Assembly (NCBI RefSeq): GCF_020745735.1
Contig: NC_083412.1
Coordinates: 26,911,181 to 26,975,180, forward strand
Source: Hemiscyllium ocellatum
Lineage: Eukaryota
Direction: 5' to 3'
Length of the DNA: 64,000 bases
Shown: positions 49,549-63,569 of the stretch, one piece after another
Layout of the letters: the number at the start of each line of letters is the position of its first letter
Numbering within the stretch: the stretch's first letter is position 1
Notes under the pieces: generated by a model
What the model saw: only the letters and a program-made list of their open reading frames with translations
Told to the model about the DNA's origin: nothing
Database searches by the model: none
Position numbers and translations under genes: made by a program

Positions 49549-52500
49549 GGAGGAGCCGGTTTTGGACTGGGATGGACAAAGTTAAAAATCACACAATACC
49601 AGGTTATAGTCCAACAGGTTTATTTGGAAGCACTAGCTTTTGGAGTGCTGCTCCTTCATCAGGTGGTTGTGAAGCAGGACCATAAGACAGAATTTATAGC
49701 AAATGATTAGTGATACAATGATACATTGGACCAACCTAGATTGTGAAGTCTTTCATCTTTTAGAATTGATTTGCTGTTTTGGTTTTCTATTATGTAAATC
49801 CCGGAACTTCTTTTAAGTCACATTCTCAAGATAATTTAAGGTTTTCTAACAGAAGGTGACATTTCAGCTCAGACAATGCCTTAAAGGTGTGAGTCAGATC
49901 AATCTTGAATCAGAGTGGTTCGATTTCCAAAGTGGAACTTACAAATATTATATGGATTGATTGCCTGCAGGTTCTGCATTTTTTGAGCAAAATATAATGT
50001 ATCTGCAAATATATTTCTGTAAATACACATTTAGCCCATAGACTTATATGTGTGTGCGCATGCGGGGGAGAGAGAGAGAGAGACAGAATGAGTGTGTGCA
50101 TGTGTGCGTGAATGCACATGAGAGAGTATGTGTTTGCTGTGTGCAAGCTTGGTAAAGTGTGTGTGATGGAGTATAAGCCTGTGAGAGGGTGCATGTGTGT
50201 GCTTATGAGAGAGAGCTTGTATATGAGAGAGGTCTGTGTGTGTGTGTGTGCGCGTGTGTGTATGTGTGTGGGAGAGTGTATAATGCAATGGGGTCACCTG
50301 TAGTGTGACATGAACCCAAGGTTCCAGTTGAGGCCGTCCTTGTGGGTACCGAACTTGGCTATCAGCCTCTGCCTGGCCACTTTCCATTGTTGCCTGTCCT
50401 GAAATCTGCCTTGGAGGAGGGTCACCTGAAGGTCTGAGGCTAAATGTCCCTGACCGCTGAAGTGTTCCCCGACTGGGAGGGAACATCCTTGTCTGGTGGT
50501 TGTTGTGCGATGTCCATTCATCACTTGTCATGGTGTCTGCTTGGTCTCGCCAATGTACCCTGCCTCGGGGCATCCTTGCCTGCAGTGTATGAGATAGACA
50601 AAGTTGGTCGAGAAGGTGTTGGTGAGGCTCTTATCCTCATTGATAATGTGTTGCAGGCTGTGAAGAATGTGATTTTTGTTTTTCAGCTCCCAGGAAGTAC
50701 TGGACAAGTGAACAACCAGGAACACTAAAGGCAACTACCAGCTGGTCTGACCAAAGAACACACCCGTAAACTAAACACATTTATCAAGACTTTTGACCCA
50801 GTCCTTCAGACTTCCCAATACGCTCTCATCCCACGTACCTCTTGTGTAGGAGACTTCTACCACATTCCAAAGATACACAAAGCCAATGCACCAGGATGTC
50901 CCATTATATCAGGCAATGGGACCCTGTGTGAGAACTTCTCTGGCTATGTTGAAGGCATCTTGAAACCCAGTGTATAGGGGACCCCCAGCTTCTGTCGCGA
51001 CAATACAGATATCTTATAGAAACTCAGCAGTTGAACTGAGAAAATTCCTCGTCACAATGGACGCGTCAGCACTCTACACCAGCATTCCCCATGATGACGT
51101 CATCACAACAATAGCCTCAGTACTCAACACCAACAACTGCCAGTCTATGAGCACCATCCTACAACTCATCCACTTCGACCACAATGTTTTCACCTTTGAC
51201 AACCAGTTCTTCATCCAGACACATGGAACAGCCATGGAGACCAAATTTGCACCCCAATATGCTGATATTTTCATGCACAGGTTCGAACAAGATTCCTTCT
51301 CTCCGCAGGACCTCCAACCAACATGATACACCAGATATATTGACAACATTTTCTTCGTCTGGACCCATGGTGAGGAGTCACTGAAACATTTACACAGTGA
51401 TATCAACAAGTTTCATCCCACCATCAGACTTAGCATGGACTACTCTTTAGTATCCATCTCATTCTTGGACACATGCATCTCCATCAAGGATGGGCACCTC
51501 AGCATCTCACTCTACCAGAAACCAGTGGATAAACTCACAATGCTACATTTCTCTAGCTTCCACCCGAAACATATTAAAACAACCATCCCCTATGGACAAG
51601 CCCTACACATACAGAGGATCGGAGGACCTTTTGTTCTCCAGTACTTTCCAGGAACTGAAAAACTATGCCATGTTCTTCCCATCCTGCAACACATTATCGA
51701 TGAGGATGAGAAACTCGCCAAGGCCTTCTCTATACCTCCACTTCTTGCCTTTAAACAGAAACTAAACCTCAAACAGAATATTGTGCGCGGCACATGGCCT
51801 GGCCTTCAGGACAACATCAGCTACAACACTGTACAACCCTATTGCAGCAACCATTGCAAGACGAGTCAGAGTGTCGACACGGATACAACCATTACATGTG
51901 AGGACACCACCTACCATGTATGTGACAGGTACTCATGCGACTTGACCAACATTGAATATCTTATACATTGCAGGCAAGGTTGCCCTGAGGCATGGTACAT
52001 CGGTGAGACCAAAAGATGCTTCGACAAGTGATGAATGGACATCGCACAACAATCACCAGGCAAGGGTGTTCCCTCCCAGTTGGGGAACACCAGTTGTTAG
52101 GGACATTTGGCCTCAGACCTCTGGGTGATCATCCTTGAAGGTGGACTTTGGGACAGGCAACAACGCAAAACGGGCAAGCAGAGGCTGATAGCCACATTTA
52201 GTACCCATGAGGATGGCCTCAACTGGAACTGAGGGTTCATGTCACACCACAGGTGACTCCACTGCACTGTACACTCTCTCACACACACACTCTTACATAC
52301 TTACACGCTCATGCAGACCCTGTCTCATACACAAGCTCTCTCTCATACACGCACACATATACCTCCCACACTCACACCCAAGCACACACCCTCTCACAGG
52401 CTTATGCCCCATCAAACTCACACATGCACTTTACCAAGTTTGTACACACACAAACACACACTCTCTCACGTGCACTCATATTCACATGCACACACTCACT

Positions 52501-53280
52501 CTGTGTCTCTCTCTGGCACATGCACACACATATAAGTTTATAGGGTTAATTTGTATTTGCCGATACATTCTACTCTGCTCAAAAAATGCAGAACCTGCAA
52601 GCAGTCTATGCCGCCAGTCAATCCATACAATATATGTAAGTTCCACTTTGGAAATAGAACCAGTCTGACTTGAGATTGGTCTGACTCATGCCTTTAAGGC
52701 AGTGTCTGAGCTGAGATGTCACCTTTCATTAGAAAACCTTAAATTATGGATGTATGTATGCTCGCTGAGCCGGAAGGTTAAAATGTTTTCGAATGTTTCA
52801 TCACCATGACTAAGTAACATCATCATTGAGAGCCTCCAGTGAAGTGTTGGTAGAGGCGGGACATATCACTTACACTTCACTGGTGGCTCACTGGTAATGT
52901 TACCTAGTCATGGTGACGAAACGTCTGAAAAGAAACCTTCCAGCTCAGCGAGCAAACTTACATCTATATCCTCAACCTGAGCTACAAATCTTCTCAAAAA
53001 TTGCTAACCTTAAATTAGCTTAAGAATGTGACTTAAAAGAAGTTATGAGATTCACATATTTAAAACCAAAACCAGCAAATCATTTCTAAAAGATGAAAAA
53101 CTTAACAATCTGGGTTTATTCAATGTATCATTGTATCACTGTAACCTTTTGCTATAAATTCTGTGTCTTACGGTTCTGCTTCACAACCACCTGATGAAGG
53201 AGCAGCACTCTGAAAGCTAATGCTTCCAAATAAACCTGTTGGATATAACCTGGTGTTGTGTGATTTTTTAAATTTGTAAC
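49549..53280. mobile_element. Penelope-like retroelement (Neptune-type RT + GIY-YIG), decayed, with a long inverted arm
   Basis: Plus strand 50730-52030: FYHIPKIHK, FLVTMDASALYTSIP, GTAM..KFAP, RYIDNIF, YLIHCRQGCPEAWYIGETK. 49549-50725 is an inverted copy of the endonuclease + 3' region. Confidence 0.9.
52747..53005. mobile_element. Short palindromic Penelope-derived insertion nested in the larger PLE
   Basis: 12-bp TSD AACCTTAAATTA (52735-52746 and 53006-53017). Inverted arms with degenerate hammerhead cores. Confidence 0.75.
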
Positions 53281-54509
53281 GCAACCATTTCCACTATTCA
53301 TACTCATCAATAAAGAAAACTGACATACTGACTATTTTAAGGGGCACTCAAGTCTTTAAACTGCTTTCAGTCCTTCTATCGAAAGTTTGGGGAAATGCAG
53401 TTGGAGCATATGTGTAATACACAATAGCACAATGGGATATTGATATTAAAATCCTGGTTAAGCTATCATTTCATTAAATGTTAGGAAGTACATGCACATT
53501 TCTTAGCATAATATATGGGGATTGTTTATGACAGTCATTTGGTACTGCTAAACCTTAGACATGATTAAGATTAGGCCCAAAATTGTTACACTTGCTGCTC
53601 TTGTTTTTAGTTGATGCCACACCCCATTCGTTTAGTTCTGAATTGTTGCAGCTAAATGGCAATACAATTTGAGCAGAGCGGATTCAAATTTAATGCATAA
53701 TCTGTATGTTAGTCATGGAAGATAATCCATTGGACACACTGTTCTATCATCCTCTGTCTTAATTATAATGCTATTGAAAAACGGTGTTTAGGAAGACCAG
53801 CTGAACTCTGACTGCCTGATTTTGCACTCTTGCTGAAGAGGAATCTTACTTCTATTTGCCTGACAGACACAAGGGGCAAGATACACATCGCTATCAGACC
53901 TATGTCTACCCCAGCCTGTCAGCCCGTCAGTGAAGATTGTTGACCAAATGCAAATGAAATAACAAGCTAAAACTGAGAAATTAGCAAACATGTGAGTTGG
54001 AAACAAAGGAAGTGGCTAGAAGTCAGGCATAAAATATAATCCAAAAAACACACACTTTACCAAGTTTGTACACACACAAACACACACTCTCACGTACACT
54101 CATATTCACATGCACATACTCACTCTGTATCTCTCTCTCTGACATGTGCACACACATATAAGTTTATAGGGTTAGCCTAACCACTGGAGTGTTAGCCTTT
54201 AAGTGGAGGCTAACATGTGAAGAGGTAGTTTGTCTGCAGCTTTATAATGTTTTGGTTGGACTACATTTGGAACATTATTCAATTATGGTGCATTTCAGAA
54301 AAGACATTTTTAGGATCTTGTGGTGCGGTAGTAGTGTCCTTTCCATTGATGTAGGAGGTCTGGGTTCAAGTCCCACTTTCTCTGGAAGTGTGTCGTAACA
54401 TCTCTGAATAGGTTCATTAGAAAACAATGAATGTATGTTTTGATCTTGGAATGACATCTGTATACATCATCCATTTCATTACTAAGGCTCTAAAAGTTAG
54501 ATTGTTGGC

Positions 54510-54810
54510 GATTACATTCCCTACACTGTAGGGTGGAAACAGGCCCTTTGGCCCAACAAGTCCACACCGACCCTCCGGAGAGTAACCCACCCTGACCCAT
54601 TTCCCTCTGACTAATGCATCTAATACTATGGGCAAGTTAGCATGGCCAGTTCACCTGACCTGCATATCTTTGTGACTGTGGGAGGAAATCAGACTCAGAC
54701 ACAGGGAGAATGTGCAACCTCCACGTAGACAGTTGCCTGAGGCTGGAATCGAACCTGGATCCCTGGTGCTGTAAGGCAGCAGTGCTGACCACTGAGCCAA
54801 CATGCCACCC
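54510..54810 (-). mobile_element. HE1 SINE
   Basis: Matches the other HE1 copies. Confidence 0.88.
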
Positions 54811-56399
54811 AATTCAATATGTAATCCCTGGAATATTGCAAGATGTGTTTTGAGTGAGGCTTTTAGTATTTTGAAGGGAATTCTCAGAGAACTAGTAACT
54901 TCTGCTGTTGGGTAGTCTGAGACATGGGGACCCATCAAGAAAGTCACAGCCAGACCATCCAAGGCAGGTAAATGTGTGGCACTCTCTTGTACAAGAAGGA
55001 GTGTATGGTAACTTGATTTAAGATCTGAGAGCAATATATTACTTTTCGTTATCAAAGCTTACGAAGGTTATGAAACCAAGAATGAAGTTAATATACAAAT
55101 CAATCATGATACCACAAAAATTGAAAAACGTTGGATAGGATGAAGTTTCCAATGATCCCATAATGTCATTTTAATACTAACCAGTCAAAAGTATGTAAAG
55201 TTCTTGAAAATTGTGATGACATCCTCTAAGTGTACCAATTTTCTGCACTGAACAAGCCAGCAATCAATGACTAATAACATTTATGGCATTCAGTCCAAAA
55301 GTTAATGGATAGCAATATTGAATTCACTCCAGCAATAGGAGAGGGAGTTATTGCAAAGTGTTCAATAGGTTACTCAGGTGGTGTTCAGGCATCACTAAAC
55401 AGGAATTCAATGGGGACACATATAGTAAAAATGTCAGCAAGTATGTGAAGGAGTCAGAAAGTAGATTCCATATTGGAAGTGCTGATGTTTAACTGTTTTG
55501 AAAGGAAGCTAACTAAACTACATGGGTTTGGCGGAGAGAAAAGAGTGAGTTAAGTTCCATGAGCATTTGGACAGCGAAGTGCTGTTAGAACGCAGAGGGC
55601 AGCTGGATGTTGCAGTTAGGGTTAGAAATAGTAGTGGCTCACAAGAAGCCAAGTGCCAAAATCCATCAGGACAGCAGAGGTGGGTCTGCTTGACACAGTT
55701 GAGAAAGATTGAAAATCAAGGAAAAACACAAGAAAGGACATAGCTTTGTGATGCTAGCAGTCAGTGAAAAGCTGCCATGGTGCCTGTGAATAAGTACTGA
55801 AGTGCAGTTTTCAGAATCCAGAGGAGCATGAACTCAGGCAAGAGTGTGATTGACCACAACAAGAGCAGTTGTCAAGACAGTCCATGGAGACACCACCCTT
55901 CAGAGGGACCTTAAGGCCAGATCGGTAAAAATGGAAATTTGTAATCCCTTGTGAAAATGAATGAGATTTGATGACTCATCTACATCATTATTTTTCAGGG
56001 ACATTGATGAGAAATCTGTACGATGCGTCTTGATCGCACTTGCAATTTACCATGTGCTATGGGATATTTATTTACTGTCTATCACCCATGTTTTGCAAAT
56101 GTTGATTCTAGGCATTCCTCCTATTAAATAATGCTTGAGCTTAATCATTGCAGTTAGCGTACTTGAAATACATTTAGAATATTTTGGGAATCCTTGCCTG
56201 TTTTCAAATCAATGTCTGTTAATATGGCATCAGACATTTCATCAGACATACGGCATCAGATTAATTTCTTGATCTATGTGTATGAGAGAAAGTGAGGACT
56301 GCAGAGAGTCAGTGTATAATATATTCCTTTGTGGATCCTTCTGAATATGTGAGGTTAAGCATAAAATAAATGAACCATTGGAAAAAGAATTCTTTTTCT

Positions 56400-59300
56400 G
56401 CCGATCCAATGCAGTCACATTTATTCTCAGGCTCTATGCACAATGTCAAAGCAGCCAGACTTGACTGGCCATATGTACTGTACTTGGGTAGAATTCACAG
56501 GGGAAGTTTCACAATCTTTACTAAAAATAAATACAAGACTTAAAAGTGTTGCACAGCTCTAAAATATACAAAGGCTTAGAAATTAATTGTAAACTTTGAA
56601 AACATTTTACAAAAAAGCATCTCGGCATTTTAAAAAGTCCATATTTACAAATATTACAAAAAAATTATAAAATGGCTGCAAATCCATAAACCATTCTTGT
56701 CTTCCAGATGAACTGGTTCTAGTACCAATACAGTTACACTGTAACCTTCTCTTATATTTATTTTTATACAATAAACCAAAACCAATATTTTGTTAACTCT
56801 GCCATCTATGCAGTTAAGATGCGTTCATTCAACCTTTGGCAAAACCTAGGCATAATTCTTTATGAGACGGTATACATTTTGTGTTTAAACTGTGCAGTTG
56901 TTTTATATATGCCAAATAAAACAGAAAGAAAGCCTATATAAATTAGGGATCATCAAATGCTATAGGAAAGCAGCTGCAGAACTTCAAACACCCACTGTCT
57001 TACACTTCAGTGCAAACAACAGAACACACATATTGGAATGATGGTTCACAAAAGTAATTTGTACAATATAATTAGTTCATCTTGTCCAAAGATGGCAGTG
57101 CTGTCAGAGCATTCAGTAATTGTATGAGTGCTTTACAAAATAACTAAGTAATATCCCTTGTAACTGTGCATCACATATTTCAGGAAGTTAATTGTCCCGA
57201 GGATTCTTACCTTCATTCCTAAACATCTCCATGTTGCCACACGTTGGAGAGGGATAAAGATATGGTGCTCGGCTGATGATATTTTAGCTGCTTGACAGCT
57301 GATATATAAACTTCTGCTGAAAAACACGTTTTCACTGAGTGCTTTACGCGATATGTGATTCAAATAATCCTGTGTGTGTGTCTGTGTAAGTTGTGTAATT
57401 CACATCTGCCTGCACTGATAAAAAGCACTCGTATTACAGAAGAAAATGTGCTCATTCATAAGAATCAGATTATTCCAAATAATGTAAGGTTTGACAGACA
57501 AGAATGAAATATTTGATGTCACAGGAGGAATCTTATCAGTAGGCAGAAAAAGCTAATGCAGTAAGATACCTTGCTTCAATTCCACCCCCCCCCCCCCCAC
57601 CCACTTCCTCCTATACCCTACCAAGGGTTCTAATGTACTCTGCATCTGTGGAGGATTTTTACTTCCTTACAGGAGGATTTCCCTTGAAGTGTGATCATTT
57701 TAACAAATGCTGATCGATTTTGCTGTGTATTTCCAACACTTCTGTCATTGTTTCCAGTTTACATCATCTGCATGATTTCCTGCTATCTTTTTCTCATCTA
57801 TATCTCTGGCCAGATATAATAGCTGTGAGTTTTGTAACAGTCATTTTCTTCTAAGTGAAGTTGACCTGGGATGTTAAACTAACACTCAAGTAAAATGAGA
57901 ACAATAATGCTTGGTATAGTTGACTGAACTGAAGAGAATCAGCTCATGGTGCCAAATGTATTTGTGATCATTTTTTGAGAAAAGAGCGTTTACAATATTA
58001 TCACCATCCATTCCTAACTTGGAACTGTCTTCAAATCTTCAGTGTAGATATTTCAAAATCTACATTGCTTTCTGCACTTCTTCAGCATGCCAAAGTGGAA
58101 TTACAATCTTCTTGGCAAAATTTCTTTCACTGAACATCACTGGATCAATCTGCACTTTAAAACATACCCCATTTTCTTACCCATTCACGCATCAGTCATC
58201 TCACACCATTAATCATCCTCTTCTCACTTTTGAATATGGTATTTCCAATACGCATGAAATAGATCCTCTACCCTATTCATTTTTGACTTTACACCATCAC
58301 CAATTCCTTCACAAACCTATGTGGGGGTCATTTTATGCTAAGTTACTGGGCGGCCAACCACAGGATCAGCCCTGTTTTACAACTTGCCCAAAGTTACTCT
58401 GCTGTGCCAATTCCTAAAGGCTAAAATTTCCCCCATGCACTTACTGCTCTTCTCTCCCCTTTTTTATTGAAGAACTTAAAACTACAAAAAAAACCTGCCT
58501 TTTTATCTTCTCAGTTAATTCCATGTCAATCCCATCGTACTGACATCTGTGCATTACAACCTGTAGATAAAACATTTTCATTACAATGGTAATGTCTCTT
58601 ATGTTAAAAAAGCTCTTTTTTTGCCTTAACCCTCACCATTGTGGTTCCCAAAATGTTTGTATACTGTTTTCAAATATGGCAAATTTGCAAACATGCAATT
58701 CTTGGTGTCTACACACAGGTATTTCAACTTTAATCACAAAAATAATCATTTCCTTAGGTTCCTTTTGTATTTTGTACAATATAATGATTTTTAGTAAATT
58801 CAAAAAAACATAATATTTTTCATTATTAGGTAGTACAGTATTAATCCTTTAGCTGAAATTCTATTTCTCCTGTAACCAGTAGAAGTTAATTAAGATTTAA
58901 GCTGTAAGGGAAGAATACTTGAGCAATGTAAATTTTAAACTCTTAGAAGTGGACAACTATCAATTATCTAATTATAATTATTAGTTATATGATAATACAT
59001 CAATTAGATTTAAATATCCAGGTAAATGTAAAAACTCTGTAAACCTTTTGAGGCGATACATGTTTTTCTCCCAAATTAATTATAGTGATAGACCATCTCA
59101 GTTATGGTTTATGGGTGAGATGAAACCACAAACCCAAAGTGATCATCTTTAGGAATAATATCTAGATTAGCTTGGAGACTGTATTTTGAAAAGGAAACCA
59201 ATTTGCTCATGTTTTACCTCCTCCATCATTGTTTTAATCTTTAAGATCAAGGACTATTTCATTCCGAGAACACTCTGATGATGCAAATGATTAAGAATGT

Positions 59301-59915
59301 GCTTTGCTCAAAGGATTAATACCTTTTCAAATCAACCAAAAATAATGATATTTACATTAGTTTCAAAGACTGTGCTGCTCAGAGCAGAGCCATTCCATTT
59401 CTCACCTATCATCACTCAATCAGGAATACCAAGGGCCTGCAATGTACCTTTCTCACAATGGTCCTGTTGCTTCGGCTGCTGTTTAAACAGCCTAGGATAA
59501 TGACACCCCACTAATATCACACAAATAGGGAACAACCATGCATAAACCTTGCAAAATTCATCTGAGACTTTAAAAACAGAGTAATTGCCCAAATTCATTA
59601 AGGATTTTTTTTGTGATTTCCTTTCCATCAAAAATCTCTTCAACATTTGCTCTGGTTATGTCTCAAATTGTAACTTATTTAATCAAAATATGTGTACGCT
59701 GGAATGGTTGAATTTCATGAGCAATTTTGGAGAAACAGTCTTATCTCAGTACCTATTGGGCAATAACCTGTTTTTTTTGTGTGTGTTCTGAACACAGTTT
59801 AGACCTTGCCCTGCTCTTCTTTTGTTTTGATAAACCTTTCAGCATAAACATTGCTAAACTAAAAAGGAAAAAAAAACCCCACATGCACATTGATGTTGGT
59901 TCTCCAGTGGGACAG
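56400..59915 (-). other. NHS: Probable long 3'UTR of NHS (about 3.5 kb)
   Basis: AT-rich and nearly TE-free stretch after the stop. AATAAA on the minus strand at 56420-56425 is followed by U-rich sequence. Pumilio-type TGTAAATA on minus at 56642-56649. The end point is inferred. Confidence 0.55.
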
Positions 59916-60486
59916 TTACTGTGCGCCCCGTGAGTTCCGATCGTCGTGCGGGCTTCCATCCGAGTTCTCAGCTTCACCCTCAGAGATGACCTGCATCGGT
60001 GCACTGTGGAGGCGGCTGCGCGTGCTGTAACGGCTGCTGCCCGCCACTGGCGGCGCACGGGAGCGACTTGGCCGTGAAGACACCGAGAGCGAGAAGCCGC
60101 GGGCAGAGATGCCCTCGGTACTGAACCTGGGCGAGCACGGTGACACTGGGGGCTGCACCTCGCGCCCGGAAGGCAAAGGGGCCGGGGACGTGTCCTCGGA
60201 GTCTTTCGCCTGCTCTGGCGAGCTGTCTCCTGGCGACTTGGGAGATACGGGGCTGGCGGATTTCAGTATCTCGGCGGCGGACAGTCGGTAGCTGGAGTCT
60301 GAGCGGCTGCCCTTCCTCAGCAGCAGCAGCTTGAACTCCTCGTGGGAGGTGTTGGATTTGCGGACGCTCCTGTAAATAGGGCCAGGCTGCTTTTGAACAG
60401 CAGGAGGAGTCCCGGGGGATGATTTTGGTTTGTTCACATTTGGCCCCTCGTCAGAATCTTTCCTTCCCAGAAGCTTCCTCTTTGAT
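59916..60486 (-). CDS. NHS: NHS (Nance-Horan syndrome actin remodeling regulator), terminal coding exon
   Basis: Acceptor gttttgccctctag|A at 60487/60486 (phase 2), stop TAA at 59916-59918. Translation (R)SKRKLLGRKDS...KSNTSHEEFKLLLLRKGSRSDSSYRLSAAEILKS...SPCSPR...RSRAPP..SSRYS..RL...PMQVISEGEAENSDGSPHDDR matches the remembered human NHS C-terminus better than NHSL1. Confidence 0.93.
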
Positions 60487-60677
60487 CTAGAGGGCAAAAC
60501 AACATAGATCAGATGTTAGCATCATTCCCCAACCCTACTATAAACACTGGCTCAAATGAAAGCATCTCGACATCAGTTGGGAACAACTGGGAAACAGGGT
60601 TTCCACCTCTGGGTGGATGCAATGGTGCATAGTATCCAACCTCCCACCACCCAATCAAATAGCATGTTTCTAAGGGG

Positions 60678-60995
60678 GGTAGCATGGTGGCTCAATGGTT
60701 AGCACTGCTGCTTCACAGCACCAGGGACCTGGGTTCAATTCCAACCTTGGGTGACTGTATGGCGTTTGCACATTCTCCCCATGTCTGCATGGGTTTCCTC
60801 CAGGTACTCTGGTTTCCTCCCACAATCCAAATGATGTGTAGGTTTGGTGAATTGACTATGCTAAATTACCCATAGTGTTCAGGGATGTGTAGGTTAGGTG
60901 CATTAGTCAGGGGAAATGTAAAGTAATACAATAGGGAACTGGGTCTGGGTGGACTTGTTGGGCCAAATGGCTTGTTTCCACACTAGGGATTTTAT
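60678..60995 (+). mobile_element. HE1 SINE in the last NHS intron
   Basis: tRNA-like head and HE1 body. Confidence 0.88.
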
Positions 60996-61459
60996 GTTTA
61001 ATTGTCACATGTACTCATGTACAGGAGTACAGTGAAATGTGTACAATGTTGCCTTCTTAGGTACAAAGTACCTAGTTACAAATCTTAAATTTTAAAATAA
61101 AAACAGAGAAATAAAGAAAAAAGTTAAAAGTTCTACATTGCAGTTCTCCACAATAGAAAATAGGAAAATAGAAAAACAAAGCTGAAATTCCATCAGCTGT
61201 AACTTTGAAGCTTAGCAAATGGAAGTATGCCTGGACAATGGGTCAAAAACACACATTATTTTCAAGGTCACCATGTCTCCTGGGATGCTGGCTATGGTCT
61301 CCAGGAGATTAATTCAGGAGGACAATTGTGGAGGGTTGATAAATCTATTCGGGAGAAGATGGCAGGGCAGTTGGTTGGAATACGATTCATATGTACAGCG
61401 TTCCCTACGTCCTGCATTCAATAACAAGGCTCCATCCCCGATTTCTGCCAAATGGTTCA

Positions 61460-61830
61460 GCAATGTGGCTCATCAGTAGCATTCTCAGCTGTCAGCAAAA
61501 TATGAAGTTAAGTCTCACTTCAGAGACTGGACCCTCTACTTGAGGCTGACACATCTGAAGGAGTGCAGCACTGTCAGAAGTGCCCGCTGTCCTCCCAGAT
61601 GGATGTCATAGAGCCTGAAGCCATTAGGAGAGTCCCCCCCAGTTAATATTAGTTCTTCAACATCACCAAAAATGACTTGTCAGTGGAAGCTTGCTCTGGG
61701 AAAATTAGAAGCTCTTGTTTCCTACATTACAACAGTAACCACACTTCAAAAGTACTTCTTTGGCTATAAAGTGCTTTGAGACATTATGAGGTCATACAAG
61801 GCTCCATTTAAATGCAACTCTGTCCTTCTA
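61460..61830 (+). mobile_element. SacSINE1/DeuSINE-like ancient SINE
   Basis: ggagtgcagcactgtcagaagtgcc and tttcctacattacaacagtaaccacacttcaaaagtacttc..tggct, remembered as Deu-domain SINE motifs. Confidence 0.6.
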
Positions 61831-62354
61831 GTGATGGAGATTCCTCCTGAGAGGATGAATGCCACTGAAAGACAGAAATATAGTCAAAGTATTTGAAGGA
61901 TTCTGCTGTTTTTAGCAATAACACATAATGTGTATATTTAATGTCTAGTTAATACAGATGATTTGTCCATTTTGGTATGACTCTTTGTGTTGTACCTTGT
62001 GACATTTTCCATATGGGGGGGTAGTGTGGTGCAGTCATGTGTCCTTAGCAGTGTTAAGATCAGGAGGCCCGGGTTCAACTCCCAACTGCCTCAGACATGC
62101 GTCATAACACAACTGAACAGATTGATTCAAAATATCTACAAACACGATTAACTCAGGCTCTTGTGGTGCAGAAATAGAATCCCTATCACAAGACCAGGAG
62201 GACTGGGGTTCAAGTCCGATCTGCTCCAGAGATGTGTGGTAACATCTCTAAACAGGTTAGTTAGAAAATGTTCTGACATTCAAAGATTTGTTGAAAGGTC
62301 AGTTGTCATTGTGGAGTCCACAATCTGGTATTTCCACTAGGGACAGCAGTGTTC

Positions 62355-62680
62355 ATGGATAAGGTGAATAGCCAAAGTATTTTTCCCAATGTAGGGGAGT
62401 CCAAAACGAAAGGCTGAAGATTGAAGGTGGGAGGCGAAAGGTTTAAAAGTGATCTGAGGGACAACATTTTCACGCAGAGGGTGGTGCATGTATGGAATGA
62501 GCTGCCGAGGACGTGGTGGAGGCTGGTACAGTTATAACATTTAAAAGGCATCTGGATGGGTATATGAATAGAATGGGTTTAGAGGATATGGGCCAAGTGC
62601 TGACAAATGGGACTAGATTAGGTTAGGATATCTCGTCGGCATGGATGAGTGGACTGAAGAGTCTGTTTCAGTGCTATACA
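62355..62680 (+). mobile_element. HER1/CR1 3' fragment (another decayed CR1 at about 63680-64000)
   Basis: Matches 6050-6370 and 10450-10790. Confidence 0.85.
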
Positions 62681-63569
62681 ACCATCACTCTCAGGCTAAC
62701 ATCCCTCCCTTTTAATGGTCAGAAAATCCACAGAATGCACATTCTCTAATGTTCCAGGATCCGCTGTTTGAGAGAACAGCTCACCTCAGGGCGCCAGATT
62801 GTTGAAGCACCCAAATATCCCAAGAGCAAACTCAGCTGTCATCTGTATGAAGATCAGAGCTAAATCTAATTGGGAGATGCTATTTATATCACATACTAAA
62901 TAAATCATTCAAATTAAATGGTGAAATTTGATGCAAATCTGAAGATCTCCTCAATTTACGGAGCCATCTGTTCTCCATTGTGGTTTCAACATGTCTAGTT
63001 TAACATCTACTGATAGTGAATGCTGTCGAAAGTTGCTGTCAAAGCTCACAATTAAAAGTACTGAGGCAGTCCATGCCCATTAGCACAGGGAGACTATATC
63101 CAGGCTTGAATTCAAAATATTTGCAGCACAGAGGTGTCAAGCAAGGACCATCTCCAACTGGCAAACACTGGCATTAACATTGCTGAATTCCCTATTACTA
63201 ACTAGACCCCGGTAACCAGAAAGTGAACGGGACCAGCCGTATAAATACCATGACTACAAGAGCAGCCCAGAAGCTGAGAAGTCTGATGGCATACCCACAC
63301 CCCATCATCTACAGAAGTTCAAAGAGGCAGTTCACCACAACCTCAACAATACTTAGGGATGGACAATGATTGCTGGCCCAGGCAATGACACCTACATCCA
63401 TGAATGAATTTAAAAATGCTGGGTTGCTGCATGCCTGCAATGTATTCTAGCATGAGTTCCCTGAAAACGGAGAGCTCTGAGGGAACATAGACAGGGATTC
63501 AGGAACAGGGATATTTAAAATGGCACAAACATGTCCAGAAAATAATCAAGAAGGTGAATTGAGTGCTGC

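Noticed and set aside
52207-52668. His/Thr-rich ORFs
   Set aside because: Translations of the CA-rich PLE UTR.
59916-60486. NHSL1/NHSL2/KIAA1522 identity
   Set aside because: The SNTS.EEFKLLLL and terminal ENSDGSPHDDR motifs and the BEND2/SCML1 neighbourhood fit NHS.
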